Origin: Histomonas meleagridis 2922-C6/04-290x
Taxonomy: Eukaryota > Protista > Parabasalia
Length of the DNA stretch: 28,665 bases
Reading direction: 5' to 3'
Assembly (NCBI GenBank): GCA_020184695.1
Contig: JAANOX010000215.1
Coordinates: 1 to 28,665 of the forward strand
Of the stretch, positions 11,177 through 21,711 are shown piece after piece. A program made the position numbers and the translations under genes. Every line of letters begins with the position of its first letter. Within the stretch, counting starts at the first letter, position 1. The notes under the pieces are model-generated. The model did no database searches, had not been told where the DNA came from, and saw only the letters and a list, made by a program, of their open reading frames with translations.

Positions 11177-11426
11177 ATAGTTTATTTACGAAAATTGAAT
11201 AATTTCGAATCTTTTCTGTCCATCTGGTAAACGACAAAGAAACAAAATTCACATTGTATGCATATACAGCCAAACCAGGCCTTGTCAATTCAAATACGAG
11301 AAACCATTTATGTATTCAATTAGACTTTTCGAATACTTTACACAGAAATTGAATAATTTCGAATGTTTTCCGTCCATAACAGGGTGCTTGTTTCTGTCAA
11401 GCACACGGTGCTGCAAACAATTTCTC

Positions 11427-12011
11427 GGTAAATTTTTCATCATTTCTACCACATCTTTGATGTATCTATCAGCTCCTTCATGCGATATTTTCGTTCTAAT
11501 TTCTTTTATACTTTTTTCTTCTTGTTTTTCGATTTTTTCGAAATGTCTTTTGATTATATTTCTTACCCAATCACGAGAAAAGCTTCGTTCTACTCCTGTA
11601 TGTGTTGTATATAAGATAGAAGCATTTTCTTGTACATCTCGTGTTAAGCAATCGTTTTCCAATTGATATTGATGAATAATCTGTATTAATTTTTCTTCTC
11701 CTTCAGATAATAATCGAGTTGTTGGCACTTTTTTATATCTATTGTTTGTCGGAACTGATTTATAAATAATTTTGTAATATCCTCTTGTACTAATTGATAA
11801 AACCTTACAGATTTGAATGACTTTTATATCTGGAACAACATTATTTAGAAAATCTATTTGATTTCAAATTGTTTTCGCATTTTCGAATTAGGGAAAAAGA
11901 AATGCTTCATGAAGCATGTACTTGCTTTTCTTTTTCGAAACCAAATGTTTCAATGCATTTGGATTCGCTAGGCTTGGGGACTGGAATCATATTGAAAAAT
12001 AAAGATGTCAT
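11427..12011 (-). pseudogene. 5' fragment of the split pogo transposase (CENP-B-type HTH)
   Basis: RLLSEGEEKLIQIIHQYQLENDCLT...FSRDWVRNIIKRH...MMKNLP. The upstream part is degraded and the start at 12011 is tentative. Confidence 0.75.
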
Positions 12012-12694
12012 AGATTATTTTTTTTTCACGAATGACTGACATGATAAAAATCCTTTTAAAGTATAAGATCAATTTATTTCAGTATATGCTTGATGTTTTA
12101 ATGCAAATTATTAAATTTACTACAAATTTTTAAATGATATCAAAATTCATAAATCTAAATGTAATCAAAATAATTTTGCCAGTATATTTCCCGTCAATAA
12201 TGAACAATATATTCATATTATGATTGATGATATTGCTTTATTGAATAGGAAATTTCTGTCCACTTCAATTAGAAAATAAAAAATCTCAATTTTACCCTAT
12301 TTATTTCTATAAATATAATTGATCATAAACTAATGTTATTTATTGCATATATTGAGTCTTAGGAAGATAATTTCAAAAAAATTTATATTTTAATGCTTTT
12401 CCGATTTTATTTACTAAAAATGGGGGTGGTTATAGCTTTTTGAATAGCTTATATATGAATGGATAAATGATGCTCATCAAATAAAATTATTACTCATGAA
12501 AATCAAGTGATTTTGCTATTATATATAGAGGAGGAATGAAATATGATTGGCAAAATTTAATATAATTTTAACTTAAAAGTAAATAATCTAGAATAAAATA
12601 TAATTAAAAATAGTGAGCTGGCTTCAAATAGTTAGATAATAAATAAAATATTTTCTCTCCCCTGTATGTTACTTGTTATATTAAATGGTGCATT

Positions 12695-12718
12695 CACCCA
12701 TGGTCTACGCCATGGGTG
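12695..12718. other. GC-rich perfect hairpin CACCCATGG-tctacg-CCATGGGTG
   Basis: 9-bp perfect stem and 6-nt loop in very AT-rich surroundings; function unknown. Confidence 0.6.
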
Positions 12719-12780
12719 GAAAAAAATTTAGCATTGTAACTGAATATAATTCCATTTTTTATTTAAGAATTAAAAAAATT

Positions 12781-12956
12781 AAGTTATGTGTTGGCAAATT
12801 TTGATTAAGGTACGCATAACATTCGAAAAAATGAGGAAGAAAAAATACATGTAACATTTATTCAAATATTAACACAGGATATATATTGAAAAAGTCATTA
12901 TGTGTGACTAAAAAAAATGACTTTTCCAATGATCAAAATATGCCAACACATAACTT
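12781..12956. mobile_element. MITE-like unit, 25-bp inverted repeats around ~125 bp
   Basis: AAGTTATGTGTTGGCAAATTTTGAT vs the reverse complement of 12932-12956 (1 mismatch); no clear TSD. Confidence 0.5.
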
Positions 12957-13119
12957 TTCAATTTTCGATTACTTCACTTGTTTATAAAAAATAAATAAAT
13001 AAACCATATAAATGCACTTGCATTTATGATAAATAAAACAAACTTCAAAAATAACACATATATGGAATAATAAAAAAAATCAATTAGAATGATTTATATT
13101 TCATCAGATGATTCTCTCA

Positions 13120-15039
13120 ACCTATAAGTAACTACTTTGTTTCTTAAGCAAACTTTCATTGCATTTTATTCTCTTAGATGTGATTGGTCAATATTTTTCG
13201 CTCATTTCAGAAATAGCGATCCATTTAGCGTATAATCTATTCGATTTTTTGACCGTGAACTTGATCTCTGCTTTCGCCCATTTTTTTTTGATTTCATTTA
13301 TCAGTAGTGTATTATCAAAAATGAAAGCTGTAGAATCAAAGTTCGCCATTTCCGTTATTTAGAAGCCTAAATATGCTTCAACGACATCATTCAAATGGTA
13401 CGGATGGGATTTCAGTGATTTTCATATTATTAATTGACATTTGGGTTTCGGATGTCTTATTAATACCTGAGCATATTGCCATTCTAATAAGATTTGTTAC
13501 TTCACGGATAAATACAGCATAATCGTTTATATTTATATCGTTTCCTTTGAACCACCTGGTTATGACATCGAACCCTGGGATGACACAGGTAAGAATTGAG
13601 AGTTCATGTTGTGCAAGGATTTCTTCCACAGCAGGAACTACTCCAATTAATGCATTAATTTATCTTTGATTGTATTTGGTAACAGTGGAACAACAGCCTC
13701 ATCCACGAACATAAATAAAACATTTGATAATTGTGCAATTTCCAAAACTATACTTGCCCAAAAAGCTCTTAGTATCATTTGTCCTATTGTATTTCTGGTC
13801 AGAGGGGAAAATTTGATTGATTTAGCACGGAAATGCAACTGTGATATCAATCGATTTACAGATCTAACTGAAATGCCACTACCTTTTTCAAATATACCTG
13901 ATCTAAGGTTGAGATATTCTGTTCTTTGAATCCCAGTCCATTGAGGATAATCCATAAGTGTTGTTATGACACATAGGATTACTTCCTCTGTAATCTTACA
14001 ACCTTTCCTCTTTCTAGGCGTTAAATATGATACTTTGAGTGTTTTCTTTGAATTTGCTATCTATGCTTTTAATGTTGATTTACTGGGTTTCCAATTACCT
14101 AACATTTGCTGTGCAACAGCTTGCCAATTTTCGATAAGTTTTGCGTCGCTTGAATACATTCTTCTGTTATCTTTGTGAAATTGAATAAATTTATTCTGAA
14201 TGCTATTTTTTTTGTTCTTTTTTGAATGTAATATTGGGATTTTTTATCTTTTTTTCTTCATTGATATATTTTTTTATCTCTTGATATAAATCAGCTATAT
14301 CAGGAATTATACAACCATCTCTCCAATCATATGTAAACTCATTATGATTGTCATCAAGACAATCTGTTTTGTTCTCATTTGTTTGTGCATTCTGTGTCAT
14401 GTATTGTATTTTGATGATCAATTTATCATCCAAAATATCGTCTATTTCAGTTTTATCTTTGTGTCTTTAATTAATATTTCAGAAGAAGAATATAATGGAT
14501 ATTCTTATTCTTCTTTAATATTTAATGATCAAAAATTAAAATAATTATTTTGTATAAAAACTCTCTAAATTTTTCACACTAATTGAAAATTTGATGAACT
14601 ACGTAAGCTCTCATATAATTGAATAAATATTTGAGCCTGTTCGGAAATTATATATATCATCATTAAATACTCTAAATGGCGTGCTGAATAATTTTCGAAG
14701 TGTTTCATTTATATTTTTGCACCCATTATTGCTAGTTTTCCATTCTACACTTGCAAAAACTTTTTGACCTGCTTTAATGAAACTAGTGAACAATTTTTAT
14801 TCAGGCTCAGTTAATGTATTAATTACACTTGTGGGAATTATACCACCATCTACGTATAATCTTCCACTAAGGGAAGGGAAATTACTTTTAATATTAATAG
14901 GTTCCGTATGAGGAACAAGTATATAATTTTGTGACTTTTTTGTAGTCATGATTATTTGTTCCTGATGTAAAGGACACACACACTTACCAGATTTCATTTG
15001 CTTCCGCGTGATACGCGTCGCAAATTCCATTTGGATCAT
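13120..15039 (-). pseudogene. IS630/Tc1-superfamily transposase pseudogene with long N-terminal region
   Basis: WKPSKSTLKA*I (HTH), KITEEVILCVITTLMDYPQWT, ISVRSVNR, FMFVDEA (D1), LSILTCVIPGF and PSVPF/NDVVEAYLGF (E region); D2 segment apparently deleted. Joining 14611-15039 to this ORF is tentative. Confidence 0.65.
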
Positions 15040-15855
15040 GAATGTTTCCGAACGTTGTGTGTTGGTCCGCTCGTTGCACTCGCTACCAAATGTTACAAGG
15101 ATGCAAAATCATTCAAAAATAAGTCATAGTTGAAAAACAGAAGTTAATCCTAATCTTTTGGTGGATAAAAATAGAAGAACGGAAGTCTGGTGGTAAAAAA
15201 ATAGCGCACTTTTTGACACTCCATTTTTTGATCGGTTTATGCAACAACTATGATGACAGTATAGTATGTTTTAGGAGGTGGTGAGTTTCGATCGAATAAA
15301 CGAAGTTTTTCAATGCATGCCGATCAAAACCGTTGGACATGTGTGGTGAAAGTTCGGGTGTTTATTACGGTTGTGGTCGAGCATAACAAAAGAAGTTGGC
15401 TGATTCTTATTTTATAAAAATTGGGAAATATATTTTCATTAGATAGGTGGTGGTGTTGATCGGCCTTCAACAGATCGATCAGTTGAATCGTTACGATTTG
15501 TTCGTAAAATATTACAACCAGTAAAACGAATTTAACAAAATATTTCCTATTGTTAAAAAAAGGTACTTTCCTACCTATTGGAACTTTTTGAATGCAAAGT
15601 TTACAAAAAAAGTGGTAAGTTCTCTCAATTAGATGGGATTTTTTGAATAGGCTTTAAATTATGATTCGAGTTTCGAATCGAAGAAAAGTTTTTTTTTTTT
15701 TTTGCGAAAAAATAAATTAGGTTCATATAATATGAATTTGAAGTGGTGGAGGTCAGATTAATAAAGAATAACTCATAATTCACATATAGATGCTACTTCA
15801 ACATAAAATGATTTTGAAATTGGGTATCCAGTATTCATAACAGGTGATGTTTATA

Positions 15856-17140
15856 TAGCCGGGGGAAAAAGTGCGTTCGTCAGCCTTTTTTTCAATGAAT
15901 AAAAAAGTAAAAGAAAATTCGTTTATTTATTATGCTATGTATTCACCTTGAGTTTCAATTGTAATCAAAAGTCTGTTCATCCATTCATTATATACGGCTC
16001 TGCAGGTGTCTTTAGAAATACTATACAGTAATGTTTCAACCTTTTGAAAAAGTTGATCTTCATTTTCAAACTCCTCACCTTCGAGCATTTTTTTTTAGAT
16101 ATCCGAACAGAAAAAAGTCAGACGGTGCGAGATCTGGCGAAAATGGGGGTTGCGGAGACCTTTTAATGCCCAATTCATTCAATTTTTCATGAACCAAATG
16201 AGGTCGGGAGTTATCCATATGCAAAAAATACCCCTTAGTTGAAATTTTTTTTGCCAAATCTCAAAGTACAACTTCAGATATAAAATTTCGATTAAATTTT
16301 TGACCTATTGGGAGCATTATCATTGATTTGATACCAGTTATAGACCATATAACAGATATCATTACTTTTTTGGAGGCAATGATTTGTTTGGGTTTGTTTG
16401 GTTTTTGCACTCCGGATTCAATTCACATCGAGTTTCTCCCGTTCACAAAATAAATCCAGGTTTCATCTTGCGTCAATATGTGCCTCAGCCTGTGGTCATT
16501 TGAACTAGAAAGGAATTCAAATAATTTAGAAGCAATGGCGGCTTTTTTGGCTTTAATTTCTGGAGTCGACTTATGTGGGATCCATTTGAAGTTATTTTTT
16601 TCATTTCTAAAATATTAATCATTATATTTTTCACTGTTTTTGGATCCGCACCTACATTCTTCGCAATTTTCTTCGTCGATGCATATGGATAACTTAATAT
16701 AAAATTGGTTATTTTTTGATCTAAATCTGATCTTCTTGGTCTCCCTGTTTTTTTTGATTCGAAAATTGAGAAGGTATGTTCATTCATTTTTTTTGTTAAT
16801 TTTTGAACTGTTCGAAGTGTGATAATATTATAACCATATACAGCACATAATCGTCTATATATGTCTTGATTTTCATTTGATTCTAACCAAAGGAAATGGA
16901 TTGACAACATAACGTAATTCCTTAATTCAAACTGACATAAGAATGATTAAACGTTCTTTTTCAAAGGGTATTCTGAAAAAAAGTTGTTTTACTTCATGCA
17001 TCATATTTATTTGGAAAAAAGTATCATTATTATAAAAATGATAATATATTTATTATAAATTTTATTTATATAATCTGATTTTATTAATATCTAATATAAA
17101 TCAATAGAAGGGTTGACGAACGGACTTTTTCCACCCCCTA
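15856..17140 (-). mobile_element. mariner element, 1285 bp, degenerate TIRs, TA TSD
   Basis: TAGCCGGGGGAAAAAGTGCGTTCGTCAGCC vs right-end reverse complement TAGGGGGTGGAAAAAGTCCGTTCGTCAACC; TA flanks. Boundary could shift by 2 bp in the TA run. Confidence 0.85.
15930..16938 (-). pseudogene. mariner transposase with DD31D spacing, frameshifted
   Basis: GRPRR, FKWIPH, LTQDETW, HMDNSRPH and FSPDLAPSDFFLFG, C-terminal GEYIA*; 31 residues between D2 and D3. Confidence 0.85.
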
Positions 17141-17142
17141 TA

Positions 17143-17460
17143 CGTTTGGATCACACAATTCATCAACACCATTCATGACAAAACCTTTTTTCTCAGTATG
17201 TTTCATTATTTCAACAGAATCTATTGTTGCAATTTTGGTTTCATAGAATACAACATGCATGGAAAAATAATTTTTGTCATCAGGAATTAGTCTAAATATA
17301 TATATTTCCATTTCTTTATCATTACAATATCCTCCATATGAATATTATCCCAATATATTTTTTAGTTGTTCAATCCATTTATACACTTCAAGAAATTCAT
17401 CTTCTGTTTTTATACTATCAAAATCAAAATACAAATGAAACTATTTTTCATTAATTAATA
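17143..17460 (-). pseudogene. Archaeo-eukaryotic primase (AEP)-like fragment, probably Maverick-derived
   Basis: Manual translation: FHLYFDFD (motif I) ... YFSMHVVFY (motif II) ... LCDPNV (motif III region); two in-frame stops; cut by the mariner at 17140. Confidence 0.6.
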
Positions 17461-17761
17461 ATTCGGTACGATTCTATTTTTTACGACTTTTTGTGTAATA
17501 TTGAAAAAATTGAAAAAATAGAACAATTCAAAAAAAAATATTTGTAATTGAATGATTTATATTTTCCGTCCGAAATTATATGAATGAAATCTGAAAATGT
17601 CGACGAATAAAAATCATAATAATATAATTTTTACATATATTTCATACAAAATAACATAAATAACATTGATATATTTCAATTATACACATGAATTATACAT
17701 ATAATTAAAATATATTATACAGTTCATGTGATCATAATATGTTATGCATAAATATGTAATA

Positions 17762-18851
17762 TGAGGTGTCCCACATTACCGTAGAATTCCAATGAATAAA
17801 CAATATTAAAATAATTTTTAATTATCATTTTATTCAGTGTGAAAATATTCACCATTGTGCTCAATTATCCAGTTGCATCTTATCTCCAATTATTTAGAAA
17901 CTTGGATCAAAGTTTCGTTTGAAATTTGAGCTAAAATTTAAATTACTGCTTCAAAAAGATTTTCTGGGGTATCGAACGAATGCTATTTAAGCTTTTCTTT
18001 TGCATACCCAAATAAGAATAAGTCGGATGGGGCAATATCTGGGAAATAAAGTGGGTGTGTAGTTATTTCATATGGTAATTTGTTGATGAAAGTTTTCGTA
18101 CGTCGAGAATTGTGTACTTTACAATTATCGAGATGGAGTTATATTTTATGTTTTTCCCTACTAGAACTCATTTTCCAGAAAATTGATACTTATATAATAT
18201 CGACGATTGATCCCCTGTTATAAGGTTACTAAAAGAATTGTGCTTGCATAAATTGATTATGCTTAAAAGTTTTGGATTCTCACATTTTTTTGATCAATAT
18301 TTGAAAAGTGGGGTAGCCAACGTGTATACCTATATACTAGCTTAAGATGTACTGTCATGTAGCGATGAATTGTAAATTTGGGTGCTCTAAGAACTGATGC
18401 AATACTTCGTATTGATGAAAGAGGCTCATCTTCTAAAATTTGCTGAATTATTAATAAAAGTTGTTCGTCTATGGTATTTTTAGCTTCTTCTGAATCGAGA
18501 CGACGATTTGCAAGTGGGAGATTGAACTTCGCTTCTTTCATCCATTTATATATTGTGGATGACATGTAGGCACTCTCACCAAACTTTATTTTAGATATGT
18601 CCGAAATATGTTGATGATTGCACCCTTGTTTGTAAAGATTACTGATTATATCCTTTTGACCCATATTATTTTTGACCCCTAACGGTCGTCGTACGAAATT
18701 TGAAAACACATTGTCTCAATAGATTATAAAAATCATGATATAATATTTACAGCATTTGAGAGATAATATATTAAAGAATTATTTGGAATAACGCGATTTC
18801 ACTAATTTTTTATATATGCATCGAGATTCTATGGAAAAGTGGGACACCCTA
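17762..18851 (-). mobile_element. mariner deletion derivative, 1090 bp, TA TSD (transposase remnant 17830-18664)
   Basis: TGAGGTGTCCCACATTACCGTAGAAT vs right-end reverse complement TAGGGTGTCCCACTTTTCCATAGAAT; HTH, RWLPH, TGDQS, SPDIAPSDLFLFG, NGEYFH; middle of DDE missing. Confidence 0.85.
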
Positions 18852-18974
18852 TACATTAATATGTCATACATTAATATGTCATACATTAATATGTTATACA
18901 TTAATATGTTATACATTAATATGTTATACATTAATATGTTATACATTAATATGTTATACATTAATATGTTATAC
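18851..18974. repeat. 15-bp minisatellite (ATACATTAATATGTY) x8
   Basis: 2 copies ending in C, then 6 ending in T; directly abuts the mariner TIR. Confidence 0.95.
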
Positions 18975-19059
18975 ACAACATTAGACATGAAATATGTTAT
19001 GCATAGATTAATATATCATATTAAATGAATGAATGTAATTAAAAATCACTAAATTTTTA

Positions 19060-19450
19060 ATGATTAATTCTTGCTTATTCTTGTTTATTCATTGTTTATT
19101 CATAGTTTGTTCTTGATTTTTCATTGATTATTCTCATCTAGTTATGTTTATTCGCATTTATTCATTATTTGTTCTTTCTTATATATTCTATATCCATGCT
19201 TATTAATTTGTTTGTTTATGCTTATTTTCATTTATTTTTGTTTGTTCTTGTTTATTCTTCTTCGGTTATTCTTTGTAATTGTTGAAATCAGAATAAATGA
19301 TAAATAAATGATAATAAACAAGAACAAACAAGAATTATTCAAGAAAATAAACAAGAATAAGCAAGAATAAATATGAATGAATTAAAAAAACAAACAAGAA
19401 TAAATGATGAACAAACAATGAGCAAACAAAAATCGAACAATGAAATAACA
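19060..19450. repeat. Low-complexity imperfect foldback (TTCTTGTTTA-like arm, then AATAAACAAGAA-like arm)
   Basis: Sharp strand-bias switch at ~19285; perfect 22-bp inverted match 19068-19089 / 19346-19367. Confidence 0.6.
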
Positions 19451-19961
19451 AGAATTCTATTAATTGCAATATTATATTATATTGAATTTACTAATATATA
19501 ATATTACAACATAATATTCATTTTTTGTTGATTAGAGTGAATAGTATATCAAGATATTTTAATTATGATTCATAATAAATGGAATCGTATGCATTCAGAA
19601 TTTGAGCATTATATTTTCGAAGAAAACTTTAGTATTTACGTGTTTCCGGACTGTTAGGATGCCAGGCCGTTCAAAAAGTGGAAAATTGAGGCGATAACCG
19701 CAAAAAGTGCGTACAAATAACGTATTCTACGTTCATTCATGATTATACTAATAATAATTCCATTAATGCTTCAATTGGGTCTGATTTATTCTGAAAATAA
19801 TCTTTTGATTTATTCGTCAAGTGGTAATAGTATGTTCAGTCAGCATGTTTTCCAATCCAATTTTCCGCTGATTTCAATAAATTCATGTTCAACTTTGAAT
19901 TTTTCAAGTTCATCTACAATAAATCCTTCGTTATTTAATAATAAGAAATCTCCCTCCGAAA

Positions 19962-20477
19962 CTAGCGCAAAATCATTTTGAATAATATATATGTACCATT
20001 ATTTTTAACTACTATTTTTTGTACTTCTTGTATACGTTCATGCACTTCATTCTCTTCAGGAGTATATTCAATAAAAGATTTTGTGTATTTCACTCTCTCC
20101 ACAAACAACGGCAACTTTTTTTTATCAGGAATAACAATCTTTCGACAACTATTATATTTTTCATTCTTATGCTCATAACTCCAACATAACTTATTTAATG
20201 TATTTTGATACATTGGAACTAATAATTTCTTTTCTTTCATGATCTCTATTAGTTTTTTAATGTCTAAGCCTTTCTTACTGAATGAATACCTTTTATCATC
20301 ATATTTTAATAACATCATCTTCCGCTGGTGATTTTTAAATCTTGGATCCTCATTCATTCTTTCATAAGTTCTTAAATAAAATTCAGTAACATTAACATTA
20401 TCATAAAACATATAGTGATCATCAATAATACCCTTCAGTCGCTTCATTTCGTGATTTTTTACCATATTCAAAAACAT
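19962..20477 (-). CDS. Hypothetical protein (171 aa), possibly a Maverick-derived fragment
   Basis: Long ORF with protein-like composition. The segment TEFYLRTYERMNEDPRFKNHQRKMMLLKYDDKRYSF recalls trichomonad Maverick proteins (unverified). Confidence 0.4.
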   Translation of the reverse strand: MFLNMVKNHEMKRLKGIIDDHYMFYDNVNVTEFYLRTYERMNEDPRFKNHQRKMMLLKYDDKRYSFSKKGLDIKKLIEIMKEKKLLVPMYQNTLNKLCWSYEHKNEKYNSCRKIVIPDKKKLPLFVERVKYTKSFIEYTPEENEVHERIQEVQKIVVKNNGTYILFKMILR

Positions 20478-20566
20478 TATTAATTTTTAACTTTTGTAAA
20501 CATTTTCAAATTTGATTTGAAGTTTTTTGTTTACAATGTTAATGATGACAAAAACAATAAAATATT

Positions 20567-21711
20567 ATGAATAGATTACCAAAGTTTTATTCCAAAAACC
20601 CTTATCGAAATCATCATTGTCTTATTTTAAACGATATTTGGATGCTAATTTGTCAAGAGCTCCAAAATGAGAGAAAAATACCATCAATTAACAATCGAAC
20701 AGCTATTCCAAAGTCAACACTTTATACCTGTAGCAATTTCTCCAGAAATGACCCTTACTCGTCATATCAAAAATATTACAAAAACCAAGATAGAAGAATT
20801 AATACTGAAAACGAAGAAAATGAATTAGCTGATTATATATCTAGTGTTATTGATGAAGGAAATCTCTTTACTAACGATGACTTTAAAGAAATAGCTATAG
20901 AATTTTATATGAACATACATGAAAATATTAAACAGTTTAATTGCTCCAATGGGTTTATTTCTGATTTGAAGGAACGACATAAATTTAAATCTAAGAAGTA
21001 CCATTATATATAAAGACCAAATGTCACAACAGAACAAGAAATAATGTGGATAAATGAAATTACTAATTCGTTAACAACTGTACCACATTCTCGAATAATC
21101 AATTGCGACGAAACTTCTTGTTGCCTTCATCTAAAAAATTTATTAATTTGGGCTATAATTGGGGAAGACAATATCAAAACTTTAATTCGTGGAAATGAAA
21201 AAGACAACATCACTGATTTGGCAAGTATAACTGCATACAAGCAGAAACTACGATTAATGTTTGTAGCGCGTGGTAAAACTGAAAGAGTTCAAGATTTGCA
21301 GATCGGTGATATAAGTCCTCATTGGCTAACCCACATTCACCAAATGGATGGATGACTAATGAAGCATTTGAAATCTATTTGAAAAAACTGAGGGAACACT
21401 TTGGAGACGAAGAACCCATTTACCTAATTTTAGATAGCTATCGTACCCACAAAACTGAGATGACCAAGAATTCTGCAGAGAAATTGAAGATATGTCTGTC
21501 CTTTATTCCACCTGGAATGACAGATGCTTTTCAACCTTTGGATCGAAAAATATTTGGTATAGTCAAAGCGCACGCCAAAAGATTTTATCGCCTATAGGTA
21601 AAAGAATCAAAAGGGCTAGTTGTTAAGCTGGATGCTTGTCAAGACATGATCAAATCGTGAAACCTAATCCATGATTTTTCTATTATAGATGCGTGGGATA
21701 TCTACTTTTAA
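20567..21711 (+). pseudogene. pogo-type (DD35D) transposase pseudogene
   Basis: IPKSTLY (HTH), FNCSNGFISDLKERH (CENP-B HTH), IINCDETS, NGWMTNEAF, LILDSYRTH and IPPGMTDAFQPLD; stops and frameshifts; no TIR found. Confidence 0.88.

Larger units (their letters stand above)
10260..11232. repeat. 135-bp near-perfect inverted repeat (10260-10394 / 11098-11232) inside the IS481-like element
   Basis: Direct base comparison shows 1 mismatch in 135. Confidence 0.9.
10132..11381 (+). mobile_element. IS481-like element (IS481EU type), TGT...ACA ends, 16-bp TSD GGGTGCTTGTTTCTGT (10116-10131 / 11382-11397)
   Basis: TGTTGTAGACGGAAAAGATTCGAAATT vs right-end reverse complement TGTTATGGACGGAAAACATTCGAAATT; exact 16-bp flanking direct repeat; rve-type ORF inside. 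Confidence 0.88.
7579..11426 (-). mobile_element. MULE element with G-starting degenerate TIRs and 9-bp TSD GGTAAATTT (7570-7578 / 11427-11435)
   Basis: Exact 9-bp direct repeat. Both ends have the pattern G-N13-AGCAC-N19-AGCACCCTCTT. Removing the element restores the pogo frame MMKNLP|HPSLLLNFDETG. Confidence 0.9.
5722..12244 (-). mobile_element. pogo-like element with ~130-bp TIRs, internally deleted, host of three nested insertions
   Basis: Left arm 5722-5750 + 7004-7104 (split by a mariner) is the inverted copy of 12119-12244 at roughly 90% identity. The arms flank a pogo ORF that rejoins in frame when the MULE is removed. Outer boundary and TSD not resolved. Confidence 0.65.

Noticed and set aside
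11285-11426. C-terminal part of ORF 11285-11728 as real protein
   Set aside because: After MMKNLP it reads through MULE TIR and IS481 TIR DNA; it is a chimeric read-through.
11902-11917. 16-bp palindrome ATGCTTCATGAAGCAT (and a 14-bp one at 7636-7649)
   Set aside because: Short and isolated, with no supporting context.
12695-12731. Helitron 3' end or intrinsic terminator
   Set aside because: No CTRR|T at the expected distance on either strand and no U-tract after the stem.
18779-19028. ORFs with YINML/YNILM repeats
   Set aside because: Both are translations of the 15-bp stop-free minisatellite.
1560-21711. Alternative genetic code explaining in-frame stops
   Set aside because: All three stop codons occur, alongside frameshifts, and some sit at expected Trp positions (TGG to TGA or TAG). 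Ordinary decay explains this.
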